Positions 1-9,057 of a DNA stretch of 39,475 bases are shown one piece after another. A model generated the notes under the pieces. That model was not told the DNA's origin. It did no database searches and saw only the letters and a program-made list of their open reading frames with translations. This DNA comes from Flavobacteriaceae bacterium (GTDB lineage: Bacteria; Bacteroidota; Bacteroidia; Flavobacteriales; Flavobacteriaceae), in NCBI GenBank assembly GCA_009921505.1, contig RFXU01000001.1, positions 1 through 39,475 of the forward strand, read 5' to 3'. The position numbers and the translations under genes are program-made. Each line of letters begins with the position of its first letter. Position 1 is the stretch's first letter.

Positions 1-696
1 AGTGTGTTTGTCACGCACCAAATACAGGTCCTTAGTGGGTGGTCCACGCCAATTACCAGCTGGTTACATCAGCGTATTATCAAACGTTTTGACCAATGCT
101 GGGTTCCAGACTACGAAGGCCAAGACGCGCTCAGCGGAGTTTTAAGTAACGATCCTGATTTCAAATTCCCTACAGCCTATATAGGCCCCATTAGTCGGAT
201 GAAAAAAGAAAAGCTGAAACCGACTATTGACATCCTTGTTTTACTCTCCGGACCAGAACCTCAGCGGAGTATGCTAGAAGCAATCATGCGGGAAAAATTT
301 AAGCATTACCCTCAAAGGGTGGTTATGGTTTGTGGGGTTATTCAAGAAAAGCCTAAAGAAGAGATGATTGATGGAATTCAAATTTTTAATTTCCTAACGA
401 GCAATGCTTTAGAGGCCCTCATTAATCAAAGCAAAGTGGTCATATCTCGTTCAGGCTATACGACAGTAATGGATTTGGCCAAAACAAAAACACCTGCTTT
501 TTTTATCCCAACTCCTGGGCAATATGAACAAGAGTATTTAGCAAAACGTCTAAGTCAAAATTCGATTGCTCCTTATTGCCAGCAATCTGCATTTGACCCT
601 ATTCTGCTCAGACAACTAAAAGATTATGACGGCTGGCCGGTTACGGCGCAAAAAGAAAAGTTAAGCACCCTCTTTGGCATATTCCAAGGTAAATGA
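1..696 (+). CDS. glycosyltransferase, GT-B fold (MurG/GT28-like C-terminal half); 5' end lies outside the window
   Basis: The ORF is open from base 1. The C-terminal Rossmann-like half (SRSGYTTVMDLAKTKTPAFFIPTPGQYEQEYLA) resembles the nucleotide-sugar binding segment of GT28/GT1 enzymes. Confidence 0.55.
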   Translation, partial: SVFVTHQIQVLSGWSTPITSWLHQRIIKRFDQCWVPDYEGQDALSGVLSNDPDFKFPTAYIGPISRMKKEKLKPTIDILVLLSGPEPQRSMLEAIMREKFKHYPQRVVMVCGVIQEKPKEEMIDGIQIFNFLTSNALEALINQSKVVISRSGYTTVMDLAKTKTPAFFIPTPGQYEQEYLAKRLSQNSIAPYCQQSAFDPILLRQLKDYDGWPVTAQKEKLSTLFGIFQGK

Positions 697-1716
697 GAAT
701 TCTGAGCCTACCCCAAACTGGCTTTCAACATATATTTTTTCGTTGTGCGCCTCGATGAGGTGTTTGACTATGGCCAGACCAAGGCCACTGCCGCCCACGG
801 CACGAGAGCCACTTTTATCTACTCTATAGAAGCGCTCAAAAAGACGAGCCAAATGTTTTTCCTCGACGCCTTCACCGTTATCCGTTACGCGAACCAAACA
901 TCGATTTTTGTTCAGCCGATCAACAGCAACCTCAGTCGTCCCTGAGGGCTTTCCGTATTTAATGGAGTTATCGATTAAGTTTGTCAAAACTTGTTGAATT
1001 CGCTCGCGATCTGCATACACCATGATGCTGTCTTTGTAATCTTTATCAAAAACCAAAGACAATTCCTTGCCTTGGGCCTTCATTTCAAGTAGATCAAAGG
1101 CATTTTGAATCAGCTCAATTATATTAAAGGATTCACGCTCTAAGGTCAGCCCACCCATTTCAATTTTGGTGATCATGTCCAAATCCTTGACGATATATAT
1201 GAGTCGTTCTACAGCTTTATTGGCCCGTTGCAAATATTTTTTTCGAACCGTTTTATCTTTCATTGCCCCGTCTAGTAGGGTTAAAATATAACCTTGTACC
1301 GTAAACAAAGGGGTCTTTAATTCATGGGCTACATTCCCCATAAATTCGCGACGATAGGCTTCCCGATCCTTTAAGGTCGCCAATTCTTGCTGACGATTTT
1401 CTGTAAAACGTTCCACTTCTTGAGTCAACGCATTAAGGTCTGTGGTGATCAGGGTACGCTCCTTTTGCGTCTGCTCCAATCCCTGAGCATCCTGGTAGAT
1501 TTTTTTTATTTGACGATAAATCAGTCGTTGAACATGGTAGCGAACAAGAAAAAAAACAGACAGGAAAAACCCTAATCCAAAGACTATCCACAACCAGAGA
1601 TAAGCCTTTAAATCAAGACCATAATACAAAACCAGAGCTAAAAAAATAGCCATAATGGAAATTATGGCTGCCAATTTTAGGGCAAATTTGGTTGTTTGTG
1701 ACTTCGGTGCAACCAT
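661..1716 (-). CDS. two-component sensor histidine kinase (two N-terminal TM helices, HisKA + HATPase_c)
   Basis: It has an H-box (HELKTPL), N-box (NLIDNSIKY), G1 (DNGEG) and G2 (GGSGLGLAIV). Its start overlaps the stop of the upstream response regulator by 1 nt (TAATG). Confidence 0.9.
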   Translation of the reverse strand: MVAPKSQTTKFALKLAAIISIMAIFLALVLYYGLDLKAYLWLWIVFGLGFFLSVFFLVRYHVQRLIYRQIKKIYQDAQGLEQTQKERTLITTDLNALTQEVERFTENRQQELATLKDREAYRREFMGNVAHELKTPLFTVQGYILTLLDGAMKDKTVRKKYLQRANKAVERLIYIVKDLDMITKIEMGGLTLERESFNIIELIQNAFDLLEMKAQGKELSLVFDKDYKDSIMVYADRERIQQVLTNLIDNSIKYGKPSGTTEVAVDRLNKNRCLVRVTDNGEGVEEKHLARLFERFYRVDKSGSRAVGGSGLGLAIVKHLIEAHNEKIYVESQFGVGSEFSFTLEYAKEGA

Positions 1717-2399
1717 TATTCAACAAACTTATAACCCACTCCTTTTACCGTTTTAAAACGATCATCGCCAATTTTCTCACGTAATTTACGAATGTGCACA
1801 TCGATCGTTCGGCCACCGACAATGACTTCATTGCCCCACACAACATCCAAAATTTCTTCACGCTTAAATACTTTTCCCGGCTTGGAGGCTAACAAGGCAA
1901 GTAACTCAAACTCCTTTCTGGGAAGCACCATCTCTTTTTTATCCTTGATGATCTTATATTCTTCGCGATTAATAGTCAAATTACCCAATTTGAGATTTTG
2001 GGGCGCATCTTGAACTTCTTTAAATCGGCGCAAAAGTGCCTTGACTTTGCTGACCAAGACTTTCGGCTTTACCGGTTTGGTGATGTAATCATCCGCGCCA
2101 GCCTCGAAACCAGCTAGCTGAGAGTAGTCCTCACCACGTGCGGTCAAAAATGTAATAACGCTTTCAGAAAGTTCGGGTATGGCGCGCAATTTCTCGCAGG
2201 CCTCTATTCCGTCCATCTCTGGCATCATTACATCCAAAATAATGAGTTGAGGCTTGTGTTTTTTGGCTTGGTCCAAAGCGCGTAGGCCGTTTTCGGCAGT
2301 CACCACGACATAGCCTTCTTGGGTTAAGTTATACTTGACAATCTCCAGGATATCTGGTTCGTCGTCAACAAGCAAAATAGTGATGTCTTTTTTCTTCAT
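1716..2399 (-). CDS. OmpR/PhoB-family DNA-binding response regulator
   Basis: The receiver domain shows LLVDDEPDI and IILDVMMPEMDG. The C-terminal winged helix shows RTIDVHIRKLREK and GVGYKF. Confidence 0.92.
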   Translation of the reverse strand: MKKKDITILLVDDEPDILEIVKYNLTQEGYVVVTAENGLRALDQAKKHKPQLIILDVMMPEMDGIEACEKLRAIPELSESVITFLTARGEDYSQLAGFEAGADDYITKPVKPKVLVSKVKALLRRFKEVQDAPQNLKLGNLTINREEYKIIKDKKEMVLPRKEFELLALLASKPGKVFKREEILDVVWGNEVIVGGRTIDVHIRKLREKIGDDRFKTVKGVGYKFVE

Positions 2400-2681
2400 G
2401 GCCGTTTTAGCAGATGATGTTAAATATACATTTTATTGTGTTTGAGGTCAAATTTAGCCCAATTATTAACCATAAGGTAACATAAACTGAATAACCCACG
2501 ATTTTATAAATAATACCCGAGAATTTAAGCATTCGCGCGACAACACCCTTAGTTTTGACTAGGGATGATTTAATTTAGACCCAGCAGTTTTTACAGCATT
2601 AGGTTTAAATAATTAAAATCTGTGCTACCCCCTAGATTGCCTTTAGCTCCTCACCAAGTTTAATCAAAAACAAAAAAAATC

Positions 2682-3617
2682 ATGAAATCACATGTATTGA
2701 GCGGGCTTTGTCTTATTTTGACTCAAGCAGGACAGGCCCAAGAATTATTCATTGCAAACTTCGAACAACCATCTGTGCATAACAGTCTTTATTACGATTT
2801 GGAGGACCCAAGCACCTCACATCCTTTGGTGAATAACCCCGATGAGCCCATACTGAACTTTACAGGACAAGGCAATAATCTCGGTTATAGCGCTTTTTAC
2901 ATTCCCTATGACGATCCAAGCACAGGACTCAGTGATGGCGATCATGCGGGAATTACAGATGATACGGGAATCACTGGAGCCTGGAGTGAAGGTAATCAAG
3001 GCTACGTCCTAAGTGATATCGATGGCAATTTTATTCTGAACTTTTCTGAAATTCAGTTACAGCCATCGACAGAAACTACGGTTTCTTGCAGTCTCTTTAT
3101 AAGGGAATCGACCTATGAAGGTGATGGAACACAAAATGCCTCCAATTCTGATCGCATCGCTATATATGTGGTCGACCCATCAAGTGGATTAAAAATTGAT
3201 TTAATAAACACTGAAGGCCACGATATTGACGACTTGGATATTGAAGGACGTTGGCTGAGGCTCACGGCGCAAATCTCCGGGTTTGATCGCGCAAAACTCG
3301 TGGTTGAAGCCCGAAATAACGCAAGTAATGAAGCCTTTTATATCGATGACATCCGCTTTGAAAGACAGCTCAACATCACTGATATAAAAACCAAAGAATC
3401 ACTGGTAGTTCCCAATCCAATTGATCAAAATTTTTCATTAATTCGTCGCCCTTCAGACTTAAAAGAAATTTACATTCAAAATATTTTCGGACGCATTATT
3501 TGGCGCGGAGATATTCACCAAAATTCATGGTCGGTCCCCCATTTGAATAGCGGCTTGTATTTCCTAAATATCGCCGATCGTGACCTTACTTGGACCCAAA
3601 AAATAATTAAAAAATAA
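2682..3617 (+). CDS. secreted protein of unknown function with T9SS C-terminal sorting domain
   Basis: It has a signal peptide (MKSHVLSGLCLILTQAGQAQ) and an acidic beta-rich domain of about 235 aa ending in FYIDDIRF. The last ~75 aa (LVVPNPIDQNFSL...GLYFLNI...KIIKK) look like a type-A Por/T9SS CTD. Confidence 0.75.
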   Translation: MKSHVLSGLCLILTQAGQAQELFIANFEQPSVHNSLYYDLEDPSTSHPLVNNPDEPILNFTGQGNNLGYSAFYIPYDDPSTGLSDGDHAGITDDTGITGAWSEGNQGYVLSDIDGNFILNFSEIQLQPSTETTVSCSLFIRESTYEGDGTQNASNSDRIAIYVVDPSSGLKIDLINTEGHDIDDLDIEGRWLRLTAQISGFDRAKLVVEARNNASNEAFYIDDIRFERQLNITDIKTKESLVVPNPIDQNFSLIRRPSDLKEIYIQNIFGRIIWRGDIHQNSWSVPHLNSGLYFLNIADRDLTWTQKIIKK

Positions 3618-3674
3618 AGGGAGACTGCTGCCGTATTTAACGCTAATTTGATTCAATATTCCCTATTTTTGGGT

Positions 3675-4670
3675 ATGACCCAAATCGAACAAATCAAAGC
3701 GCGTATTTTTTTGCCTTTATCCCATCGGGAGTTCGATCAAGTCGCTTTAGCGCTTTTCGCTGAACAATACAAACATGTTGCTCCATATAAAACCTATTGT
3801 GACTTGTTAGGAAAATCACCGGACAATGTTCTAGATGTTGACCAAATTCCCTTTATCCCCATAGGATTATTTAAGGATCATAAAATCTTGCACAACCAGG
3901 CGGTTCCCGAGGCAGAATTCACCTCAAGTGGAACCACTGGAACCGTCCCGAGTGTGCACTTAGTCCCTGATTTGAGGTTTTATGAACACTGCTTTAGCGA
4001 AGCCTTTACAAGGCGATACGGCCCTATAGACCAATATGTCGTTCTGGCCCTTTTGCCTTCGTATTTAGAGCGCACTGGATCCTCTTTAGTTTATATGGCA
4101 AATGCCCTTATTGAGCAGTCAGGACATAGCGAGAGTGGGTTTTATTTAGATCAACTCCAAGAGTTGCGCACACTGATGCATAAGTTAGCAGCTCAAGGAA
4201 AACGAATTTTACTTTTGGGCGTTTCATATGCTTTATTGGACCTGGCCCAAATGGGCCCATGGGAACTTCCTGCTGATACCATTATTATGGAAACCGGCGG
4301 TATGAAAGGAAAAAGAGCAGAATGGACCAAGGCCGCGCTGCATCAAGAGTTATCTTTTCAATTTGGTCTAAACAATATACATAGTGAATACGGAATGACT
4401 GAACTTATGTCTCAAGCCTATGCCCAATCTGAGGGCAAATTCCAAGCCCCCCCTTGGATGCGTGTACTCACTCGAGATCCTGAGGATCCACTGAGTTTGA
4501 TACGCCAGCGCACTGGTGGTATCAACATCATAGATTTGGCCAATGTCTATTCATGTGCTTTTATCGGCACGCAAGATTTGGGAAAGATCAATTCAGATGG
4601 GAGTTTTTACCTTTTGGGTCGTTTTGATCATAGCGATATCCGAGGCTGTAACTTATTATTAGAGTCATGA
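3675..4670 (+). CDS. LuxE/PaaK-like adenylate-forming acyl-protein synthetase/acyltransferase
   Basis: The motifs FTSSGTTG, ETGGMKG and SEYGMTE are typical of the adenylate-forming superfamily. I prefer the ATG at 3675 over the TTG at 3648 listed in the ORF track. Confidence 0.6.
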   Translation: MTQIEQIKARIFLPLSHREFDQVALALFAEQYKHVAPYKTYCDLLGKSPDNVLDVDQIPFIPIGLFKDHKILHNQAVPEAEFTSSGTTGTVPSVHLVPDLRFYEHCFSEAFTRRYGPIDQYVVLALLPSYLERTGSSLVYMANALIEQSGHSESGFYLDQLQELRTLMHKLAAQGKRILLLGVSYALLDLAQMGPWELPADTIIMETGGMKGKRAEWTKAALHQELSFQFGLNNIHSEYGMTELMSQAYAQSEGKFQAPPWMRVLTRDPEDPLSLIRQRTGGINIIDLANVYSCAFIGTQDLGKINSDGSFYLLGRFDHSDIRGCNLLLES

Positions 4671-5542
4671 GCAGAGTTGACCGGTATAAGGGCTTAAAGT
4701 ACCGTATAATAATCCTTCTCATTGGGACGATCATACTGCGGGGGCTCATTGAATTAGTCCACAATAACGCCAAATATGTCAAAAGTGACGATCTTCCGTC
4801 GGATACAGAACAGATTTGGCTAGAAAAGGACCAAGACAGTATTTTGGTGTATCGACATGGTCGTTCTTGGCAAAATAATTTCGGGACCCCATATCATACA
4901 AAACTTACGGTTCGATATGACGATGTCACACAAGCGATTCAATCCCACAGACTTATGAATCCAGAAGGATTAACAAGTTTTTGGGGGGAGCTTTATGCTC
5001 AAATGGCTCAAGAAAATGGCCCAAAATTGGACTTGATTTTAGATGCTTTTTATCAAATCTACCTACAGCAGCCTATTTCGGCAGAATTGTTTGCAGAAAT
5101 GGTGGTAAGCTGTATTCAAAACATACCCTATGCTTTAGTCTTTCAGGAGGCCTGTCAAGAACCCGAAAATTATCAGGGATGGATTCAAGAATTACTTAGC
5201 GAATGCCCTGATTGCTGCATCGGAGACCAACCCTTTGGACTGCAAAGCCCACTGGGATTCATGCAAAATCTCAAGGGGGATTGCGATACACGCACCGTTT
5301 TTTTATTTAGTGTACTGAGTGCGTTTAATTACGATGTCGCCATTCTTAACAGCGACGTATATCGGCATTCAATTCTAGGCTTGAATCTTCCCTCGGCCGG
5401 GCAGTATAAACTATTTCAAGGAAAAAAATATTTGGTATGGGAGACCACTGCACCCAATCACATGATGGGTTCCTTGCCTCCTCAAATCGGTAATATGAAT
5501 TTTTGGAACGTCGTATTGACTCATTCCCCAGAACCCAATTAA
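4667..5542 (+). CDS. membrane-anchored hypothetical protein, possible transglutaminase-like Cys-His-Asp/Glu fold
   Basis: Its start overlaps the previous stop (ATGA). It has an N-terminal TM helix (YRIIILLIGTIIL). The segments GDCDTRTVFLFSVL, YRHSILGL and YLVWETT occur in the order expected for a transglutaminase-core catalytic triad. Confidence 0.55.
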   Translation: MSRVDRYKGLKYRIIILLIGTIILRGLIELVHNNAKYVKSDDLPSDTEQIWLEKDQDSILVYRHGRSWQNNFGTPYHTKLTVRYDDVTQAIQSHRLMNPEGLTSFWGELYAQMAQENGPKLDLILDAFYQIYLQQPISAELFAEMVVSCIQNIPYALVFQEACQEPENYQGWIQELLSECPDCCIGDQPFGLQSPLGFMQNLKGDCDTRTVFLFSVLSAFNYDVAILNSDVYRHSILGLNLPSAGQYKLFQGKKYLVWETTAPNHMMGSLPPQIGNMNFWNVVLTHSPEPN

Positions 5543-5567
5543 TAAGTGAATCTCTTAACTTTAACTC

Positions 5568-6083
5568 ATGAACGCACCACTTTTTTATCTAGCTTTATTT
5601 GAAATAGTCTTTTCCCTATTGGTCAGTGTTGGCGTAATCTATGTCTCTTATGGGATTTTAAGACGTGTGTTTTTCAAGCAAAATGACCTCAGCGGCAAGG
5701 ATATGGCCTTTACCGTTTTAACCTCCGGTTTGGTACTAAGCATTGGTTTAATTCTAAGCGAAATATTACCACAAATCACCCAAGTGGTGCGCGTCGCCAC
5801 CACCCAAGGCAACAGTCCAGATTATCAAACTATAGTTCTTTACGCAGCCCTTTATTTGACGATAGGATTTTTTATTGCGCTTATGATCAATACCGCAGTA
5901 TTCGGTTTATTCTCGATGTTGACCCAAGGCATTCACGAATATAAAGAGATAAGAAACAACAACTTAGCAGTAGCCCTAATTGTAGCCGTGACCATTATCA
6001 GTATCACACTGATTGTTAAGGAGAGCATTGCGGTGCTGATTAGTGCGCTTTTGCCTTATCCTCAAGCGACAAACTTTTTATAG
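5568..6083 (+). CDS. DUF350-like integral membrane protein (4 TM helices)
   Basis: It has four hydrophobic helices. The segment EIRNNNLAVALIVA resembles the NN-x-A-x-A signature of DUF350/YjfL proteins. Confidence 0.6.
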   Translation: MNAPLFYLALFEIVFSLLVSVGVIYVSYGILRRVFFKQNDLSGKDMAFTVLTSGLVLSIGLILSEILPQITQVVRVATTQGNSPDYQTIVLYAALYLTIGFFIALMINTAVFGLFSMLTQGIHEYKEIRNNNLAVALIVAVTIISITLIVKESIAVLISALLPYPQATNFL

Positions 6084-6113
6084 CGATAACTCAGCGAATT
6101 CTTGAGGGGTTTG

Positions 6114-7409
6114 TTATAAAACCTTGAGAATGCAGTAATTCTTTTTACCGCGCTGCAATAAAACAAACTGGTTGTCAATCAAATCTTTAGATTGAATAAC
6201 ATAGCCCAATTCAACTTTGGTTTTATTGATATAAATGCTCTGCTGCTCCAATGCGCGTCGCGCTTCGCCGTTTGATTTTAAAAATCCGGATTTTTCAACC
6301 AAAGCAGCCACAATGTCCAGTCCTGAATCAATTGTATCGCGAGAAACCTCAGCCTGAGGCACCCCATCAAAAACCTCTAAAAAGGTATTGCGATCCAATC
6401 GTTTTAATTCTTGATCGGTGGCCTTTCCAAATAAAATTTCTGAGGCTAAAAGCGCATTTTGATATTGCGCTTGGCCGTGCACCGTCTGCGTGACTTCTTG
6501 AGCCAGTCGTTTTTGGAGGGTTCTTAAATGCGGGGCCTGCTGATGCTCAAGAATCAATGAGTCTATCGTTTCGCGGTCTAAGAAAGTGAAAATTTTAATA
6601 TAACGCTCAGCGTCTTCATCACTGGTATTTAACCAATATTGATAGAATTTGTAGGCAGAAGTTCTGTTTGGGTCAAGCCAAATATTGCCCCCTTCGCTTT
6701 TACCGAATTTACTGCCATCACTTTTTGTAATCAAGGGACAGGTCAAGGCATAACCCTTTGATTGCCCAATACGGCGAATTAGTTCAGTTCCCGTGGTGAT
6801 ATTGCCCCACTGGTCGCTTCCCCCCATTTGAAGGGTACAGTCATGAGCCTTGTAGAGATGTAAGAAATCGTACCCTTGAACCAACTGATAAGTAAACTCT
6901 GTAAAGGACATACCATCGCCTTCTTCTCCTTTAATTCTGTTTTTTACAGAATCTTTGGCCATCATATAATTGACGGTAATGTGCTTGCCTACATCACGGA
7001 TAAAATCCAAAAAACTAAATGACTTCATCCAGTCATAATTGTTCACCAAAAGCCCTTGATTCGGGGCCCCACTGTCAAAATCCAAAAAATGAGATAGCTG
7101 TGCTTTAACGCATTCTTGATTATGACGAAGTGTTGCTTCGTCAAGAAGTTGTCGTTCGCTTGATTTACCAGAGGGGTCTCCAATCATTCCGGTGGCCCCC
7201 CCGACCAAAGCTACAGGTCTATGGCCACAGCGCTGTAAGTGCGCCAATAACATAATGGGCACTAAATTCCCAATATGAAGCGAATCAGCCGTTGGATCAA
7301 AGCCAACATAGGCAGAGCGCATTGCCTCATTTAAATGCTGTTCAGTATCGGGCATTACATCATGAATCATTCCTCGCCACTGCAGCTCCTGAATAAAGTT
7401 TTTCGGCAT
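6114..7409 (-). CDS. tyrS: tyrosine--tRNA ligase
   Basis: It has the HIGN (HIGH) motif, the KFGKS (KMSKS) motif and a C-terminal S4-like domain, at 431 aa. Confidence 0.95.
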   Translation of the reverse strand: MPKNFIQELQWRGMIHDVMPDTEQHLNEAMRSAYVGFDPTADSLHIGNLVPIMLLAHLQRCGHRPVALVGGATGMIGDPSGKSSERQLLDEATLRHNQECVKAQLSHFLDFDSGAPNQGLLVNNYDWMKSFSFLDFIRDVGKHITVNYMMAKDSVKNRIKGEEGDGMSFTEFTYQLVQGYDFLHLYKAHDCTLQMGGSDQWGNITTGTELIRRIGQSKGYALTCPLITKSDGSKFGKSEGGNIWLDPNRTSAYKFYQYWLNTSDEDAERYIKIFTFLDRETIDSLILEHQQAPHLRTLQKRLAQEVTQTVHGQAQYQNALLASEILFGKATDQELKRLDRNTFLEVFDGVPQAEVSRDTIDSGLDIVAALVEKSGFLKSNGEARRALEQQSIYINKTKVELGYVIQSKDLIDNQFVLLQRGKKNYCILKVL

Positions 7410-7509
7410 GGTTTTCTGGTTTTGAGCAAAGATAATGGCCTAATTGAAAAAACTAAAGTTCACCTGCGATTATTTCCACCGATATCCATGAAATCTGTAC
7501 CTTAGAGCT

Positions 7510-8514
7510 ATGATATTGGTTACAGGTGGTTCAGGATTTTTAGGCGCGCATTTGCTGTCTGAGTTAACACAAAAACATGAGATCATCCGCGCGCTGTACA
7601 GAGACCTCAATGGGATAGAAAAGGCGCGTGAAGTATTCCGGTATTCCTTCAAAGAAGAAAGTCCTTTATTTGATAAAATCGAATGGATTCAGGGCGATTT
7701 AAACGACTGCATGGTTCTTTCTGAAGCCCTTAAAGGAATTACAGAAGTTTATCATGTCGCGGGACTTATTAATTTTGAATGGCGCCGTCATTCCGAGCTC
7801 AAAAAAACCAATACTACAGGTACTGCAAACTTGGTGAATTGTTGCTTGGAGGCCAAAGTCAAAAAGCTATGTTATATCAGCTCCATTGCCGCCCTAGGAC
7901 AAATCACCAATACCCAAGGACAGGATTCGTTTGATCCCCCTTCATTTAAAGACCCCTATGGCCTAACCAAGTATGGCGGAGAGCTGGAAGTTTGGAGAGG
8001 CGCTCAAGAAGGGCTTCAAGTCATTATTTTACGGCCTGGAGTAATTTTAGGCGAGGGGTATTGGCGCAGTGGCAGCGGTTTTCTTTTGAAATTTGTCAGT
8101 ACAGAGCCCACATGGTATCCCCCGGGAGGAACGGGTTTTGTGGATGTCAAAGACGTTGTGGCTTATTCAATTAACCTCATGGAGGGCTCCGTGTACAATC
8201 AAGCCTTTACACTGGTCGGACATAATATGACTTATCTCGAGGTTTTGCAAAAAATAGGCCATGCCTTAGGCTCAAAAAAATCGCCAAAACGGAAGATTCC
8301 TCTATGGGTGGGGCGTGTAGGACATTATTTAGATTTTTTGCGGGCTTGGATTACTGGAAGCGCTCAAAGACTCCCCAAGGCCTATATCTATGCCATGTTT
8401 GAAGCCTCCTCTTACGATGGAACAGCGGTAACAAACCTTGTACCACTAACCTATACGGAATTAGACAAGACCCTAGATAGGATATGTCGCTTGGCCCCTT
8501 ACAGAATAAATTGA
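7510..8514 (+). CDS. NAD-dependent epimerase/dehydratase family (extended SDR) protein
   Basis: It has an N-terminal VTGGSGFLGAHL Rossmann motif and a YxxxK-like segment (YGLTKYGGE). Confidence 0.85.
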   Translation: MILVTGGSGFLGAHLLSELTQKHEIIRALYRDLNGIEKAREVFRYSFKEESPLFDKIEWIQGDLNDCMVLSEALKGITEVYHVAGLINFEWRRHSELKKTNTTGTANLVNCCLEAKVKKLCYISSIAALGQITNTQGQDSFDPPSFKDPYGLTKYGGELEVWRGAQEGLQVIILRPGVILGEGYWRSGSGFLLKFVSTEPTWYPPGGTGFVDVKDVVAYSINLMEGSVYNQAFTLVGHNMTYLEVLQKIGHALGSKKSPKRKIPLWVGRVGHYLDFLRAWITGSAQRLPKAYIYAMFEASSYDGTAVTNLVPLTYTELDKTLDRICRLAPYRIN

Positions 8515-8520
8515 TGCCCC

Positions 8521-9054
8521 TTACTGGCTTATCGCAGGAATAATTTTTTGATTGAGCACATTAGTCTTAGCCGAATCTAGCAAAGAATCTTTATCCTTTT
8601 TTTGCTGCTCGGCGTCAATTAAAGCGATAGAATCCAGCGATTTTTTAACTCCTGAAAGTTTTGTTTCCACCTGCTCAAGTATGCGCATATATGGATCGAT
8701 CTGAGATGCATAGTAAGCCGTATTCTGCGCAAATTGAAGACTGTCTATTTCATATTTTGCATACAGAATAGAATCCAGCTGAACACCACCCATTCTCAAA
8801 ACACGATTGTTATTGCTTCGCGCGGCATTGCCAATGTAAGCCTCTACGAGTACATCGACCATTTTAGCCTCAGGAATAATTTCATCAGGAATATCTGGCC
8901 GAACCACATCCTGACAAGCAAAAACCCCAAGGGCAAGAAAAATCAAAAGCGCATATTTTGACAAAACAAGAAGGTGTTTATTTGACTCCTCCCAAGGGTT
9001 AGACCAAAATAAATTTGTGCCACGGATTAGCGTTTTCTTGCTGGTCATCTTCAT
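8521..9054 (-). CDS. DUF4296-like lipoprotein
   Basis: It has a lipobox-like signal (LLIFLALGVFAC) and sits in the conserved position downstream of pyrC in flavobacteria. An in-frame TTG at 8964 would give a cleaner signal peptide (MSKYALLIFLALGVFAC), so the start is uncertain. Confidence 0.65.
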   Translation of the reverse strand: MKMTSKKTLIRGTNLFWSNPWEESNKHLLVLSKYALLIFLALGVFACQDVVRPDIPDEIIPEAKMVDVLVEAYIGNAARSNNNRVLRMGGVQLDSILYAKYEIDSLQFAQNTAYYASQIDPYMRILEQVETKLSGVKKSLDSIALIDAEQQKKDKDSLLDSAKTNVLNQKIIPAISQ

Positions 9055-9057
9055 TAA

